Source of the DNA: Octopus vulgaris
Taxonomy: Eukaryota
NCBI GenBank assembly: GCA_951406725.2
Contig: OX597823.1
Location: 60,326,001 to 60,390,000, forward strand
Reading direction: 5' to 3'
DNA: 64,000 nt
The first letter of the stretch is position 1. Each line of letters begins with the position of its first letter. The position numbers and the translations under genes are program-made. Below, piece after piece: positions 13,223 through 28,102 of this stretch. The notes below the pieces were generated by a model. That model had not been told where the DNA came from and did not search any database. It was given only the letters and a program-made list of their open reading frames with translations.

Positions 13223-15169
13223 GTAAGCTATAAATGCAAACCCTTGAGGGCTGTAATTTATTCATACCCCTCTTGTTGATTTGACTACTTACTTCATTAT
13301 GTATGGGGGGATGGTGGGGAGGGGGGGGTTACTTTTTATTTTTATTTATTTATTTATTTATTTTGGTATTTTTCGGCACTAATTCCATCCACATCAGAAG
13401 AACGATTGACTACACCTTATTTCTGCACACAGACTGACACACATGCATGCATAAGTGTGTGTGTGTGTGCGTGCGTGTGTGTATGTGCACATGTGTGTAT
13501 GTGCACATGTTTTTAGGTGCACATTTGTGTATGTATGCAGGTGTATGTGCACATGTGTGCATACGTATGTGTGTATGTGTGTGTGTATAAAACTATGTGC
13601 ATTTTTGTGTATATATAAATATATATAAATATGTGTGTATTTTTGTGTGTGTGTATATAAATATATATATATATATCTACATACGTGTGCTTGAGTGTTT
13701 TTGTATATATGTGTGTGTGTATGTGTGTGTGTGTGTGTGCATGCGTGTGTGTATAATTATGTATGTAAGTATGTATATATAGGTATATGCTGTAAATATT
13801 ATTTAAATGAATAAAAGATGAGTGCACAATATCTAACTTGTAAGATTATATGAGACAGACACTTTAGCAGTGCCAACCTTTTAACAAAATCTGCAAAATA
13901 CATATAAGTGATATAAGCTCTGTGTGTATGTGTGCACCCATGGATATACATATGTATATACACATATATATATATATATATACATACATATATATGCATG
14001 TATGTATGTATGCACAAATATAAGACACTTATGTTTTGTTTTATTCCACTGCTTAAATGATAAACTACCAGGGCTGACACTTACTCTCAAGAGGTAAGAA
14101 GACTTGAAGAGGAAAATAGATTATTCTTCAGTACCATAATTCTAAAATTCTAAATGCTACAGATGTCAAAATACTGGCCCTGGTGATTTTTTCCTGTCTC
14201 AAATTCTTACTTACAGTGTCTCATACGATTTACCTTAAAATCACAGTGGTTAATTTATGTTGCAAATGTGAATCTGTTGATACAGTTTATGGTGTCGAGA
14301 ATTGGTGATTCTTAACCTGGGCAGTAGTACTTCCTTGGAGGTGTTGTAAGCTTACAAGGGGACTGCAAATATCAAAGGAATATTTTATATGCTATATTTT
14401 TCTTAGTTATAAAATAATTAAAGATAGTACAAACTTATATTTGAAAACACATTTTCTAAAACATTTCCTCTTTTTGGATTAAAATTGTTTATTAGTGAAC
14501 AGAAATGTGACTATAACAATCTAAAACCACTATAATTTTCTGTATATAAGTCCTTAAAGTATATAAGCCCTTAAAGGTGGCGAGCTGGCAGAAATGTTAG
14601 CACGCCTGGCAAAATGCTTTGCAGTATTTTGTTTGTCTTTACGTTCTAAGTTCAAATTCTGACGAGGTTGACTTTGCCTTTTATCCTTTCGGGGTTGATA
14701 AATTGAGTACCAGCTGCATATTGGGGTCTAACTAATCAACTGCTCCCTCTCCCAGATTTTTGGGCCTTCTGCCTAGTGTAGAAAAGAGTATATAAATCTT
14801 TACTTTCTTATGTAATTTCTTTATTTAACATAATTTTCTAACATAGCAGCTACTAATCCATGCAAATATCTTAGCTTTATTTGATTGGTCCATAATTCAA
14901 GTTAATTTTGTGTAATTATTATTCTTTTATTCTTTTACTTTATCATCATCATCATCATCATTATCATCATCATCGTTTAACGACTGCTTTCCATGCTAGC
15001 ATGGGTTGGACGATTTGACTGAGGACTGGCGAACCAGATGGCTGCACCAGGCCCCAATCTGATCTCATAGAGTTTCTACAGCTGGATGCCCTTCCTAATG
15101 CCAACCACTCTGAGAGTATAGTGGGTGCTTTTATGTGCTACTGGCACATGGTTTTGATTATTTAGAAAT

Positions 15170-15483
15170 TATTCTTTGTAAGCCTAGTGCTTATTCTATC
15201 AGGTGCTTTTGCTGAACTGCTAGGTTACGGGGACATAAGCAACACCAACACTGGTTGTCAAGTGGTGATGGGGGTGGGTGACAAACAGAGGCACAAATTT
15301 GCATACACATAAATATATACATATACAACAGGTTTCTTTCAGTTTCCATCTACCAAATCTACTCTCAAGGCTTTGGTTGGTCTGAGGCTACAGTAGAAGA
15401 CACTTACCCTAGGTGTCATGCAGTGGGACTGAACCCAGAACCACGTGGTGGGGAAGGAAGCTTCTTACCACACAGCCACACCT
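15170..15483 (-). mobile_element. SINE family A
   Basis: Reverse-complement match. Confidence 0.85.
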
Positions 15484-15549
15484 ATTTCATAAGTGTTTTA
15501 TTTTAAAAAGTTTATTATAATCATCACCATCATCATCATCATCATCATT

Positions 15550-15602
<53 letters not shown>

Positions 15603-15606
15603 CATT

Positions 15607-15658
<52 letters not shown>

Positions 15659-16191
15659 ATCATTATCATCATTATCATTAAGCATAGGTGCTTTTGTATG
15701 TGGCACATGCATGGGTTCTTTTTAAATGGCACTAAAATGAATACATTTTATGTGATACCAAAATGGGTTGATTTGTTTGGTTAAAATTCTTCAAAGCGGT
15801 GTCCCTAGCATGACCACACAGTCTAGTTACTGAAACAAATAAAAGATAAAAGATAGCAAAAGGAAATTCCTCTCTCTATATCTGACCAATATATGGATGT
15901 GGTATAACTAAAACAAAGGAAGAAGAACCAATTAGGGAATCTCTTTGTGGTCATGTAATCTATAAGAAATAGGAGCTAAATCTTCCTTATTACATAACAT
16001 CTTGTCAGCCTTAGAAGGGGCAAAGCACATTAGATAATGCAACAATAGAAGCAGTTAAACAGATTAAAATTACCGGAAGGTCAAGCCTAGGATGCCTTTG
16101 ACCATAAGGATGCTTGTTCAAGAGTGACCAAAGGCTAAATAACAATAGCAACAACCAAAATACAGCTGCATGATCTGAGAGAAATTAACAT

Positions 16192-16594
16192 AGGTGTAGG
16201 AGTGGCTGTGTGGTAAGTAGCTTGCTTACCAACCACATGGTTCCAGGTTCAGTCCCACTGCATGGCACCTTGGGCAAGTGTCTTCTACTACAGCTTCAGG
16301 CCTACCAAAGCCTTGTGAGTAGATTTGGATGACGGAAACTGAAAGAAGCCTGTCGTATTTATGTATATGTATATATATGTGTGTGTTTGTGTGTCTGTGT
16401 TTGACCCCCCCCCCCCCAACATCGCTTGACAACCGATGCTGGAGTGTTTACATCACTGTAAATTAGTGGTTCGGCAAAAGAGACTGATAGAATAAGTACA
16501 AGGCTTACAAAGAATAAGTCCTGGGGTCGATTTGCTTGACTAAAGGTGGTGCTCCGGCATGGCCACAGTCAAATGACTGAAACAAGTAAAAGAG
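16192..16594 (+). mobile_element. SINE family A
   Basis: Full-length match. Confidence 0.9.
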
Positions 16595-17243
16595 TATATG
16601 TTATTATGACGCTGATAGTATTTATGCCATATTTTGTAATTTAACAAAAATTACTTCATTTTTATATTGCCTACAGCTCACTCAGAGTATGCCATATAGT
16701 AAAATAGTGGACCATCAACTTAATATCACAAAATAACATACTAAAAGAACAAAAATTTGAATGTCAAAATTAAGCAATTAAATGTATATATATTTTTTTG
16801 TTTTGTTTTGTTTTATTTTTTTAATTTTAACAATTAAAACTTTACAATTCCATGCTTCAGTAGTTTCTGAAATAACAAAGCCAATTATACAAATATGTTA
16901 TTAAACATACAAAAAATTAATAAGAACAGAGGCACCAGACATTTTGTTGATTGGATACATTGGAGAGGAATAAAGGATAGCATGAATACACAATTACCAT
17001 ACTGACTGACATTCAATGCTTCTCTAATGGGTTATAAAACAGTTACAGTTAGTGGAACATTCTGTTTAAGTGGTAAGGTTGAGTGTATTTTAACTAGCAT
17101 TTAATTTTCAGCCCTAGACATTACACTGAAAAAAAAGAGATTGACTGCATTACCTACTTGAAAACAAGATGTAGACTCAATGAGCACAGTCTTAAAACAA
17201 AAAGGACGCATTCGATAATATGAGGCTAGATTCATTCATTTGT

Positions 17244-17245
<2 letters not shown>

Positions 17246-17311
<66 letters not shown>

Positions 17312-17409
17312 TATCCTCATCATCACCATCGTCATCGTCGTCATCGTCATCATCATCATCATCATCATCATTATCCTCATCATCACCATTGTCATCGTCA
17401 TTGTCGTCG

Positions 17410-17443
<34 letters not shown>

Positions 17444-17571
17444 TATCATCATTATCCTCATCATCACCATCGTCGTCGTCGTCGTCATCACCATCGTCAT
17501 CGTCGTCGTCGTCATCATCATCATCATCATCATTATCCTCATCATCACCATTGTCATCGTCATCATCGTCG

Positions 17572-17625
<54 letters not shown>

Positions 17626-17642
17626 CCATCGTCATCGTCATA
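17246..17642. repeat. Compound (CAT/CGT)n microsatellite
   Basis: Read directly; abuts an RTE tail at 17643. Confidence 0.95.
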
Positions 17643-18178
17643 ATTTAACATCTGTTTTCCATGCTGATTTGGGTAGGATGGTTTAACAGGAGCTGGCCAG
17701 GCTCCAGTTGTCTGTTCTGGTATGGTTTCCATGGCTAGACGCCCTTCTTAACATCAACCACTTTACAAATGTATGCTGGGTGCTTTTCCTATGCCACCAA
17801 CAAGGGTGCTTTTCATATGCCACCATCACAGGTGCATTTCATGTGGCACTGTCTTGAACACATTTTCTGTGGTACCAGCACCTGCAAAACAAATAGTTCG
17901 CAGCTGGGAGAGGGAGTTGGGGTGAGACATGCCTGTGTGTATGGATGGCTGTGATTTTACTCAGCTTGACGTGCCTTCTCGAGTATAACAAATCACCACA
18001 TATTCTACGTACATTTTGCCATGCTAGCATGGGTTAGATCAGTAGTTCAAATTCTGCCGAGGCTGACTTCGCCTTTCATCCTTTCAGAATCACTAAAGTA
18101 AGTACCAGTTGTGTACTAGAGTCAATGTAATCAACTTACCCATGCCTCTGAAAATTACTGGCCTTGTTCCAAAATTTG

Positions 18179-18233
<55 letters not shown>

Positions 18234-18248
18234 TATTATTATTATTAA

Positions 18249-18312
<64 letters not shown>

Positions 18313-18775
18313 TATTGCATTTGCCCAGCTTCTAAAGCTGGAGATGTACTACAGTGTCAGCTGTTCACTACCAGTGAACTAAGGTAACACCTCTTATTTT
18401 TCGAGCACCATCTGCAGTATTTGAGCGGTCCCAAGCAGTGCTGCTTTCTGCAAGTGCTCCACCCTTATTGCAGCCCCTATTTGTTCCATGTACTTCTCGA
18501 GATTTTTGCTCACTGTTTCCAGGGCTCTGACAATTATTGGTACTACTGCTACCTTTTTCATCGACCACAACTGCTTAACTTCCCAAGCTAACCTGTCAAA
18601 TCTCTTGACTTCTCTTTCTTCCTTATTGCATACCTTGTTGTCAGCTGAGCATGCTAATCTATGATCCAGCATAGTTTGTTTTCTTTCTCAATTAAGATTA
18701 CGTCTAGCTTCCTATTCTCAATCTCATGGTCGCACTGAATCATAAAATCCCATAGGATCTTTGCATTTCTATTTT
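18313..18775 (-). mobile_element. R4/Dong-like RLE 3' fragment, second family
   Basis: VVPIIVRALETV...LQKAALLGTAQIL motif; flanked by (TTA)n. A short 3'-end piece of the same family is at 39143-39190. Confidence 0.8.
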
Positions 18776-18815
18776 CTTATTTCGTTATATTATTATCATT
18801 ATTATTATTATTATT

Positions 18816-18874
<59 letters not shown>

Positions 18875-19591
18875 TAAAGATGTAAAACATTGAAGTGAAT
18901 GTACTGAATTCCTATCCAAAACCAAGAAATTAAGAGAAAAATATATTTTAAAGTATTGTGTTATAAGCTTAAAGAATTTTACCATAGAACTTCTATTATA
19001 ATTATTATAATATAAACGGCAAAGCTGTTGAATATTTGTGTTGTCACATAGCAACCTTATAACAAAGAAGACAAGAGGAAAGTATTTATTTCACTAGTTA
19101 GATATATATATATATGATAAATATAACTCACATTAATCAAATATACTGTATGACTTGTGGCAGAAACGTCTAGGATGAACTTCTTTCTAAAAGCATGAGA
19201 TATCTATCTCAGCTTTTTAAATATTCATACCACTCTCTTTGTATTACATTCTGTAGTCACTTTCCATGATGAAGTTATATCAGGCTGCAAATAAAATTTA
19301 TTTGTAGAAGTAGCAGAAGTGCTAGTGGTTACAGAACTAAACTATCAGTAATAATGCAGTTATGACTGAGAGTTAATAGTAATAATAATGAAAATTATAG
19401 AGTTGTGCTTGTTTGGTAAGTGCTGGGAAATTGTGTCAGTGACCATGTTACTGGAGTACATTGCATCTTATTGACAACATTTCATAATAGCTAGTACTTA
19501 ATAAATAAACAAGAATTGAAGATGGTGGTTTTTTTGTGTGCTCTTAAATGGTTGACTCTTCCACAATGTAATAATAATAATATATGATGAT

Positions 19592-19674
<83 letters not shown>

Positions 19675-19679
19675 TAAAA

Positions 19680-19710
<31 letters not shown>

Positions 19711-19711
<1 letters not shown>

Positions 19712-20256
19712 GTGCCTTGATGCAGTACCAGGCAGTGGCTCTCGCAGCTTCTGATTTTAACTGGCTGGAAGTGTTGTTATGTACATTGTTTTGTCGTGGT
19801 ATAAAAGATGGGCTACAGCAAATATTCTGCTCAATACCACAGATTTTCTAGTCAGTTGTTTGATCTTAACCAGTTGAGCATGTCCCTTTGTGGCTGACGA
19901 TATGTGCATCTCTGATCACGAGCAGAAGTAGTGGGGGAGCATCATAGCCATGTGTTGAGAGGGGTTATTTGAGTTTTAAATACTTCACCTCTGGAAACAC
20001 GGGTGTTTCTTTCAACATCCTTAAACAACCCTTATTTTGGTCCTTTTAAGCGAGATGGGCTACTCGACCAGAAGAAAATTCTAACTGGGCCCCACCTGCA
20101 AGGCCATGTGCTGTTTATCTTGATATGAAATCACCATGTCATGCACTTATGGTTGTGATGCATGTGCCTTATCAGATGGGTGGTCATTATGGGTATTTTG
20201 GGCTTCGTATATTTTACCCCAGTGTCACTTTGATGGCATGCCCTGCTCTCTCACTC

Positions 20257-20257
<1 letters not shown>
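19711..20257. repeat. (TAA)n-embedded interspersed repeat with an inverted copy at 21895-22282
   Basis: 19711-20100 is the reverse complement of 21895-22282 at high identity; both abut (TAA)n. Confidence 0.85.
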
Positions 20258-20296
<39 letters not shown>

Positions 20297-20302
<6 letters not shown>

Positions 20303-21485
20303 CAACCACAATTGGACTGGCCAAATATCTCGAAATATCGAATGACTGGATGCTAAAGCTCGTGGAAAATCACGAGAGACGAAAGAAGCTTCATTCTATC
20401 ATCAAGGAAAGCAAAAAATTTGCTATTGATCTCGTGCAGGATACCCAAACTGAACAACCCGAGGGAAGTACGGCAACTATTGCTGCAAAGAAGGTGAAAA
20501 TGATGGCAATGAAAAAAGCGCACGAGCAATTGGCTGATAGGTGGGAGGAGAAACCTCTGCACGGCAAATATGTGACCCGCAGCAAACAAGCTGATGTTGA
20601 CCAGAAGCAAACCCATCAGTGGCTGCGGAGCTCAGGGCTAAAAGCAGAGAGCGAAGGTTTCATCCTGGCTGCTCAAGACCAAAGCCTATCAACCCGGAAC
20701 TACCAGGCCAATGTGATGAAAAATGGAGCAGATCCAAAATGCCGATTCTGCAACGACATGATTGAAACAGTGGACCACCTAATCTCTGAATGTAAAGTCT
20801 TAGCACCAGTGGAGTATAAATTAAGACATGACAGAGTTGGCCAATATCTCCACTGGCTAATAAGTCGGCATTACAATATCAAAACTGCCGACAAGTGGTA
20901 TAATCACCACCCTGAGGCTGTAACTGAAGGAGAAAATGTAACCATTCTGTGGGACTTTCCAGTACATACAGACCGAACCATCAAGGCCAATAAACCAGAT
21001 ATTGTTGTGAAAGACCAAAACAATAAAGTTTGCTTATTGATCGACATGAGCATCCCCTGTGATCATAATATCTCAGCGAAAGAGTTTGACAAGCTCAGGA
21101 AATATAAAGACCTACTCATTGAAATTGAGAAAATGTGGCATCTCAAGGCGGTTACAATACCAGTGATCGTAGGAGCACTAGGAATGATCAAGAAGGGAAC
21201 CGAAAATTATATGAGAATGATCCCTGGCTTACCATCCCTGCAAGAAGTGCAAAAGATTGTCTTAACTGGTACATCACACGTATTGAGAAGAGCATTGTCG
21301 ATGTGAGAACTGTTGCTGCTCATGCATTTTAATTTAACTTTAAAAAAAAAAAAAAAAAAAAATGAACGAACTACTGAGTTTGGTTTAATGGCCTACCAAT
21401 ATACACTATGAGTTTCTTTGCCCTAGGAGTCGGGAAGACACTCGGCAAGAAATGGAAGAAAATTTGAAAGAAGAAAAAAAAAAGT
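20297..21485 (+). mobile_element. 5'-truncated R4/Dong-like non-LTR retrotransposon (CCHC plus restriction-like endonuclease) in (TAA)n
   Basis: Open frame to 21306 with CRFC..ETVDHLISEC, RHD, KPD, LIDMSIP, KLRKY; (TAA)n on both sides. Confidence 0.88.
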
Positions 21486-21509
21486 AATAATAATAATAAT
21501 AATAATAAT

Positions 21510-21893
21510 CTTTTATACTATAGGCACAAGGTTTGAAACTTTGGGGGAGGGAGCCTGTCAATCACATCAACTCCAGTACTTATTTTATCAACCCCGAAAG
21601 GATGAAATGCAAAGTTGATCTCAGCAGAATTTGAACTAAGACCATAAGGATGGTTGAAATGTCGCTAAGAATTTTGCCCAGAATGCTAGTAATTCTGCCA
21701 GCTCACCATCTTAATAAGACCTAAAATTTTGCAGGGAGAGGATTAATCAATTACATCAGCTCCAGTGCTCCAGTGGTACTTCTTTTATCAACTACAAAAT
21801 GATGAAAGGCAAAGTCAACTGTGGCAAAATTTTGAAGTCCGAACAGATGTAATACTGCTAAGCATTTTGCCTGGCACTCTAATGACTCTGCCA
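21510..21893 (-). mobile_element. Two tandem SINE family B copies
   Basis: Reverse-complement matches. Confidence 0.75.
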
Positions 21894-22281
21894 CAGGTGG
21901 AGCCCAGTTAGAATTTTCTTCTGGTCGAGTAGCCCATCCCGCTCAAAAAGTCCCTGAATAAGGATTGTTTAAGGATGTTGAAAGAAACACACATGTTTCC
22001 AAAGGTGGATTATCCAAACCTCCAAGAATTCTTTTCAACACATGGCTATGATGTTCCCCCACTACTTCTTCTTGTGATCAGAGATGCACATATCGTCAGC
22101 CACTAAGAGACATGCTCCACTGGTTAAGGTCAAATAACTGACAAGCAAATCTGTGGTATTTGAGCAGAATATTTGCTGTAGTCCATCTTTTATACCCAGA
22201 CAAAACAATGTACATGATAACACTTCCAATCAGTTAAGATCAGAAGCCATGAGAGCCACTGTCTGGTACTGCATCAGGGCA

Positions 22282-22362
<81 letters not shown>

Positions 22363-22379
22363 CATTGTTATTATTATTA

Positions 22380-23600
22380 TGTTAGTGCATGCTTATTTAG
22401 TTAGCCTGTATTTTATCTTGATGTTTGGTGACAAGTCTTCTCAAATCTCAAGACACTTCTTTAAGATTCTTGTAGAAAATAGAATGGTATTTTACTGCAG
22501 GTAAACAATGTGAGTTTCAGTTCTAATCACTTTCAGTCGTTTAGGTAGCATTTTGGCTGTTGTGCCAAGTGTGCCAATTGCTACAGGAATAATTGAGGCA
22601 TTTAGTAACAGACCATCATAAGTGCCACATCTTAAAACCAAGGAAAATGCAGTCAAAGTTGCATGACTTTCAGATTGTGATATCTTGGCAAGAAATGAAG
22701 TTAGAAAGCTGATTTCTGGTCTTAAAATGACCGCGAAGACCTCCCCTCTCCTAATCATTTTACCTGTGTAAAATTATTTATTCATGTGTGGATCTGAACA
22801 ATGAAATAATGACTGAGTATTTCTCATTTTGTAGAATATACCAGTACTACAAAACGGTGTATTGCATTGCATATTTTAGCCATAATACCTAGAAAAACAC
22901 ATACAAAAACCCTCCAAAGGTATTGTTCATGTTTTGATATACCAAAGTAAGTATATTTAAGAGGTAAGACATGATAGTAAGATAATAACCCATTATTATT
23001 GTTATGATGGTAAGAAGGGATATTAGAAAATGAGCCATAACACCCCCAAAGACAATACAGGGACCACACCAAAGTTACTGATTGAGCGTGTGTTACTAAA
23101 CTTTCTGGTCCAAGTTTGGGTGAGTGAGTGTCATATCAATAGAGTCGAGGTACAATTTTTTTCAGCCAAATTTTCAACCTTATTGCAAGCTGCACCGGTT
23201 CTTCCTCCCAGCTTTTTCATATTCTAGACATCGAGACAAAGAAAATGATATACTAACCTTGAAAATGGCCAGTGTGGCACTTACGACACTGTATTACTAA
23301 ATTCTTCAATCGTTGTCTGGATCTTCCACAGTCTCCTCAGATCACTGGCTAGATCTTGATATTTCCTGAATTTTTCAAATCTCTTTGGAATCAATTCTGC
23401 TATCACTGGGAATTGCAAAATCTATGATTTTACGCCATTTGTTTATTTTGACTTCATGATCATATACAGTCTTCCTGTTTCACTAGTAAGATCAGTTTTT
23501 ATGAGGAAATCCCACAAGATCTTGCTATTCCCATTTTCTATCACACCCTTTGGTTTGGGCCCATACCATTTTCCTGTTGTTTTAAAACCAAACACTCAGC
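22380..23600 (-). mobile_element. Highly decayed RLE-type LINE fragments
   Basis: IIPVAIGTLGT motif near 22560-22600, and an ILWDF/IIDFAIP-like segment at 23400-23570. Confidence 0.5.
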
Positions 23601-23604
23601 AATT

Positions 23605-24090
23605 AAAGGATGATGAATTGACAGGGTCATCAGGGCACCAGACAAAATGCCTTTTAATATTTCATCTGACTAAGGTGACAATCTAGTAGAATCATTAGCA
23701 CACCAGGTAAAATGTTTAGCAGCATTCTGAGGTTGAATTCTGCTGGGATCAACTTTGCCTTTCATCGTTTTGGAGTTGATGAAATAAACATCATTTGAAT
23801 ATGGATCAGTGTAATCGACTTATTCCATTCCCTGAAACTGCTGGCGTTGTGCCAAAATTTAAAATCAGTATTTCATCTGACTGTAGTAGCAAGCTGAAAG
23901 AATCATTAGCATGCCAGACAAAATGCTTGGCAGCATTTTGTCCATCTTTATGTTCTAAGGTCAAATTCCTTCAAGGTCAGCTTCACCTTTCATTCTTTCA
24001 GAGTTGATGAAAAGAGTATCAGTTGACCACTGAGATTAATGTAATAGACTTATCCCATCCCCTGAAATTACTAGCCTTGTGCCAAAATTT
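23605..24090 (+). mobile_element. Tandem array of about three SINE family B copies
   Basis: Repeated gaatcattagca...aaaatg...tttcat motifs. Confidence 0.75.
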
Positions 24091-24813
24091 TGTTAGCAAT
24101 ATTTCGTGACTCACTGCATTTTGAGTCCAAATCCTGCATAGACCAATTGTACCTTTCATCTGTCAGGTGTTTATTGAATATATCTGATGAAATACATAAT
24201 CTATTATTTTTATTAGTAACAACAGAAAAGACACCACAAAATTGCCCACCCTTCCCCGAGGCCAGTTGGATCAACTAAACTACTCTTAAGTTGATCCAAT
24301 GCAGTGGGATTAAACCTGAAACTATATAGGTGAAAATTAAACTTCTTAACTACTCAGCTGTCCCTTCTACACCCATAATCATAACTGAACCTATTTATTG
24401 CCTTTTTCCCAAGAACATTAACTTAAGTATTGAGATGACACTAAAGCAGTGCTACCAATATGATTTGAACCCTTCACCATTCAATAATCAATTGCCAGTA
24501 ACAGTAGTTTTATTATTACTGTGGCAATGTTTCATAAAAAAAAATCTATTCACATTAATATCAATGACAACGTTATCCTATTTATATGCATATGTGTGTG
24601 TGTATCTATGCACGTATATATATATATATATTTATGTGTGTGTGCGTGTATGTGAATAGAAACATATAAATATACACTCAACTATATCTATCTATCTGTG
24701 TATATGTGTGTGTATAAGTATATATGTATGTGTGTGTGTTAATATATATATGTATATCTATATATACATATATATGTGTGTGTATGTATATATGTATATA
24801 TATATATATATAT

Positions 24814-24874
<61 letters not shown>

Positions 24875-25514
24875 GTATGTATATATGTATATATGTATAT
24901 ATACATATTCATATAGACACTAATGACTGCATACATACACAAATTTCTCTCCTTTAGTCTCTCTCCCTCTCTTTCCAACTCTCTCTCTCTCTTTCTCCCT
25001 TGCTCCCACTATATGTATATATGTATGCACATATATCAATATATATATATATATATATAATATAAATGCACACACACACATTCACGTACGTATATATGTA
25101 CGTATGTATGCATGCATGCATGTATGTAAGTGTGTGTGTGTGTGTGTTTATATGTATGTATGTATGTATGTATTCAGTATGTATGTATATACTTAAGGGG
25201 ATGAAATCTTGGTGTGATGAAGATAGAAGCATAAGAGACAGACAAAATTACATACAGAAATATACACTTGGGAATTAGGAGGTAACTTTTGTTCGAGGTG
25301 TAAAAGATGAAACACAAAATGTGAGTGTGTATGTGTGTGTGCATGTATGCATATGCATGGATATATATATATATTAAGATATATATGTAAATGTGTGTGA
25401 GTGTGTGTGTGTGTGTATGTGTGTGAATATATATATATATTTACGTGTTATGTATGTTTATATATGTAAATATGTATATGTATGTATATATATATGTACA
25501 TATATATATATATT

Positions 25515-25629
<115 letters not shown>

Positions 25630-25682
25630 GTATGTGTAGATAGTTGTATGTCTATGTATATATATGTATGTACATATATAAC

Positions 25683-25783
<101 letters not shown>

Positions 25784-26555
25784 ACATGAAAGAAATGGAA
25801 AAATATTGTATGATTTATTAAATAACCACAACTGAATGTATTGAATAAAAATCAACACAATCAGATTCACACGCACATTTGTGTGTGTGCGTGTGCATAC
25901 ATACACTTACATACACACCCTAAAGCATTGAGCAGCATAAGTTAGCCAAAAAATTCAAGAAAAAAATACTGAAAAAATGTATATATATATATATACTCTG
26001 CAGTTAAGTACCAAAACAATTCACTGCCAATATCAATTAGAATTGGTAATAAAATACTAATAAAATGACTAGCAAGCAAATACTTACTTAGTTAATGACT
26101 TTGACATTGTAATTATCTTGCTGTTAATGAAGACTGCAGTGTTAGTTTGAAGCTGAATTTTGAAATCAAATGTGCTGAGTTCTTTTTCTTTTTTGGGGGG
26201 TTGGGGGCGTTGGCTGGTGGGGGGTTGGCTGGGGGGGGGTTGGCGGGGGGGGTTGATTTGCTTTGTTTTTAGTTTTTTTGTTTGTTTGTTTCTTTTTATT
26301 TTTTGGTTGGGAGTTGGGTCCTTTAGTTTCTCTTTAAAAAAGCTAGAATTTGTTGACATGAACAAAATATGGCCTAGCAGGCAGGATATTCATACAGTGC
26401 CACCTGTATCATAACTTCAAATTCAGTACAAGCACTTAGGGTAAAGGTGCATGGTTTAATGTTTTGGGTGTTAGGCTCATGATCATAATGTTGTGGAACA
26501 TAAACCCAACTATTTTGCTCAAGGTGACACTGTGTCACTCAATGATTCCCTAGAG

Positions 26556-27104
26556 CAGAGGGTCTCAAACTTTTTGGGTCATCGCCACTGCTCTGAATGG
26601 CCACATAATACCCTCAGCGCCCCCACCCTTATTTTTATGTATAAATAGATATTTTATTACGGAGATGTACTTGCATTGCAAGTGATCTGTTCTGAGTTCA
26701 TGTGCTGGAACGAAAACAATTGCAGTGTGGAAGGTGTTTATAAGCCATTTAAGAAACACACAAAAACCGTTAGATTCACTTCAACATTTAACTTTAATTT
26801 GTCAAAATATTTTCATCGCTTTGAGACCACAACCTGTTCACTGACAAAATTCCGTGCTGCAATGTTTTAAATATTTTATATTTTACTAATTCATATATAC
26901 TATAAATCATTTGATATTTAATATAATATTATATAATTTGTATACAATCCTATAATAATATTATAATAGATTCATAGCATCCTCAAATCTACTGCCTTCC
27001 TCCCAAGCCTCCTTTTTCTCTACTGCCTCCTTAGACACCAGCACCCACCTGGACCGTCTCAACACCCACCGGAGGGACGGTAGCGCCGACTTTGAGAACC
27101 TATG
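26556..27104. mobile_element. hAT-type MITE with 8-bp TSD
   Basis: TIRs cagagggtctcaaa / tttgagaacctatg; TSD ccctagag at 26548-26555 and 27105-27112. Confidence 0.85.
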
Positions 27105-28102
27105 CCCTAGAGTAAATAGTAAATAGTAAATTGTGCCCTTGAACAAAACACTTTGGCTCACCTTCCTGTAGTCTGATCAATTATAAGGAGTACTATTTGA
27201 GTATTGGGCTGGTTCTCTTACCATTCAGCTGTCGCATCCTAGATGTTTCACTGAATTGCAGGTGAGAGGGTTGAGAATGTGCTTGCATCTGTTCACATAG
27301 GAATCTAATCTTCTTGTCTACTTAGCTATAAAAAGGACTATTTGAGTCATGGGTTTGTCCTCTCATTATTCATCTGTCACATCCTAGATGTTCCACTGGG
27401 TTGTGAGAGGGTGTACATATGTTCACATAGGAACCTAAAACAATTAGCACACACCTGGTAAATGCTACCCAAGGCTTATTTATTTACAAATGATGGCTAT
27501 AGTAGTTTTTATAGTCTTATGCATGTAATTATCAAAAATATGTAAGGTAGAACTTTTTTTGTTGTTTTTGTAAACCTTCTTGAAATTCATGTCTTCCTAC
27601 AAAGAAGCCACCTGCCAACGTGGCCTTTTTATGATGAACTCTCCTGTCGAAGATGATGTATGAGTGTTCAGCTTTTGCTGAACGACTTGCACAAATGATT
27701 TGTTTATAGTGATCAAATGTTTGTGCCAGACATTAGCTCACTCCCTCTATCAAATCAATATTATCTGAACAGGTGCATGGTGTACCACACGTCAGGTGTT
27801 GAATTGATTGCAGAACAATGTGAGATGAAGTATTTTGCTCAAGAACACAATGCACCACCCAGTCTAGGAATTGAAAACATGATCTTATGATTGTAAGAGC
27901 AACACCATAACCACTAAGCCATGTGCCTTTTTATATTTGTATATCTACTCATAAATTTCTGTTTCTCTAAATATATACACACACACACAAATACACACAC
28001 ATGTATGTATATATATATATACACACACACACACATACATACATACATACATACACACATACATACATATATATACAGAGCGAAAGAGAGAGAGAGAGAG
28101 AG

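Noticed and set aside
19890-19950. CTGACGA in the (TAA)n-embedded repeat
   Set aside because: No matching helix II or GAAA; other isolated CTGANGA hits (1219, 8154, 13008, 33230, 45132, 45927) fail likewise.
20125-20296. N-terminus of the 393-aa ORF
   Set aside because: Fortuitous read-through from an adjacent repeat and (AAT)n; the retroelement frame starts at about 20297.
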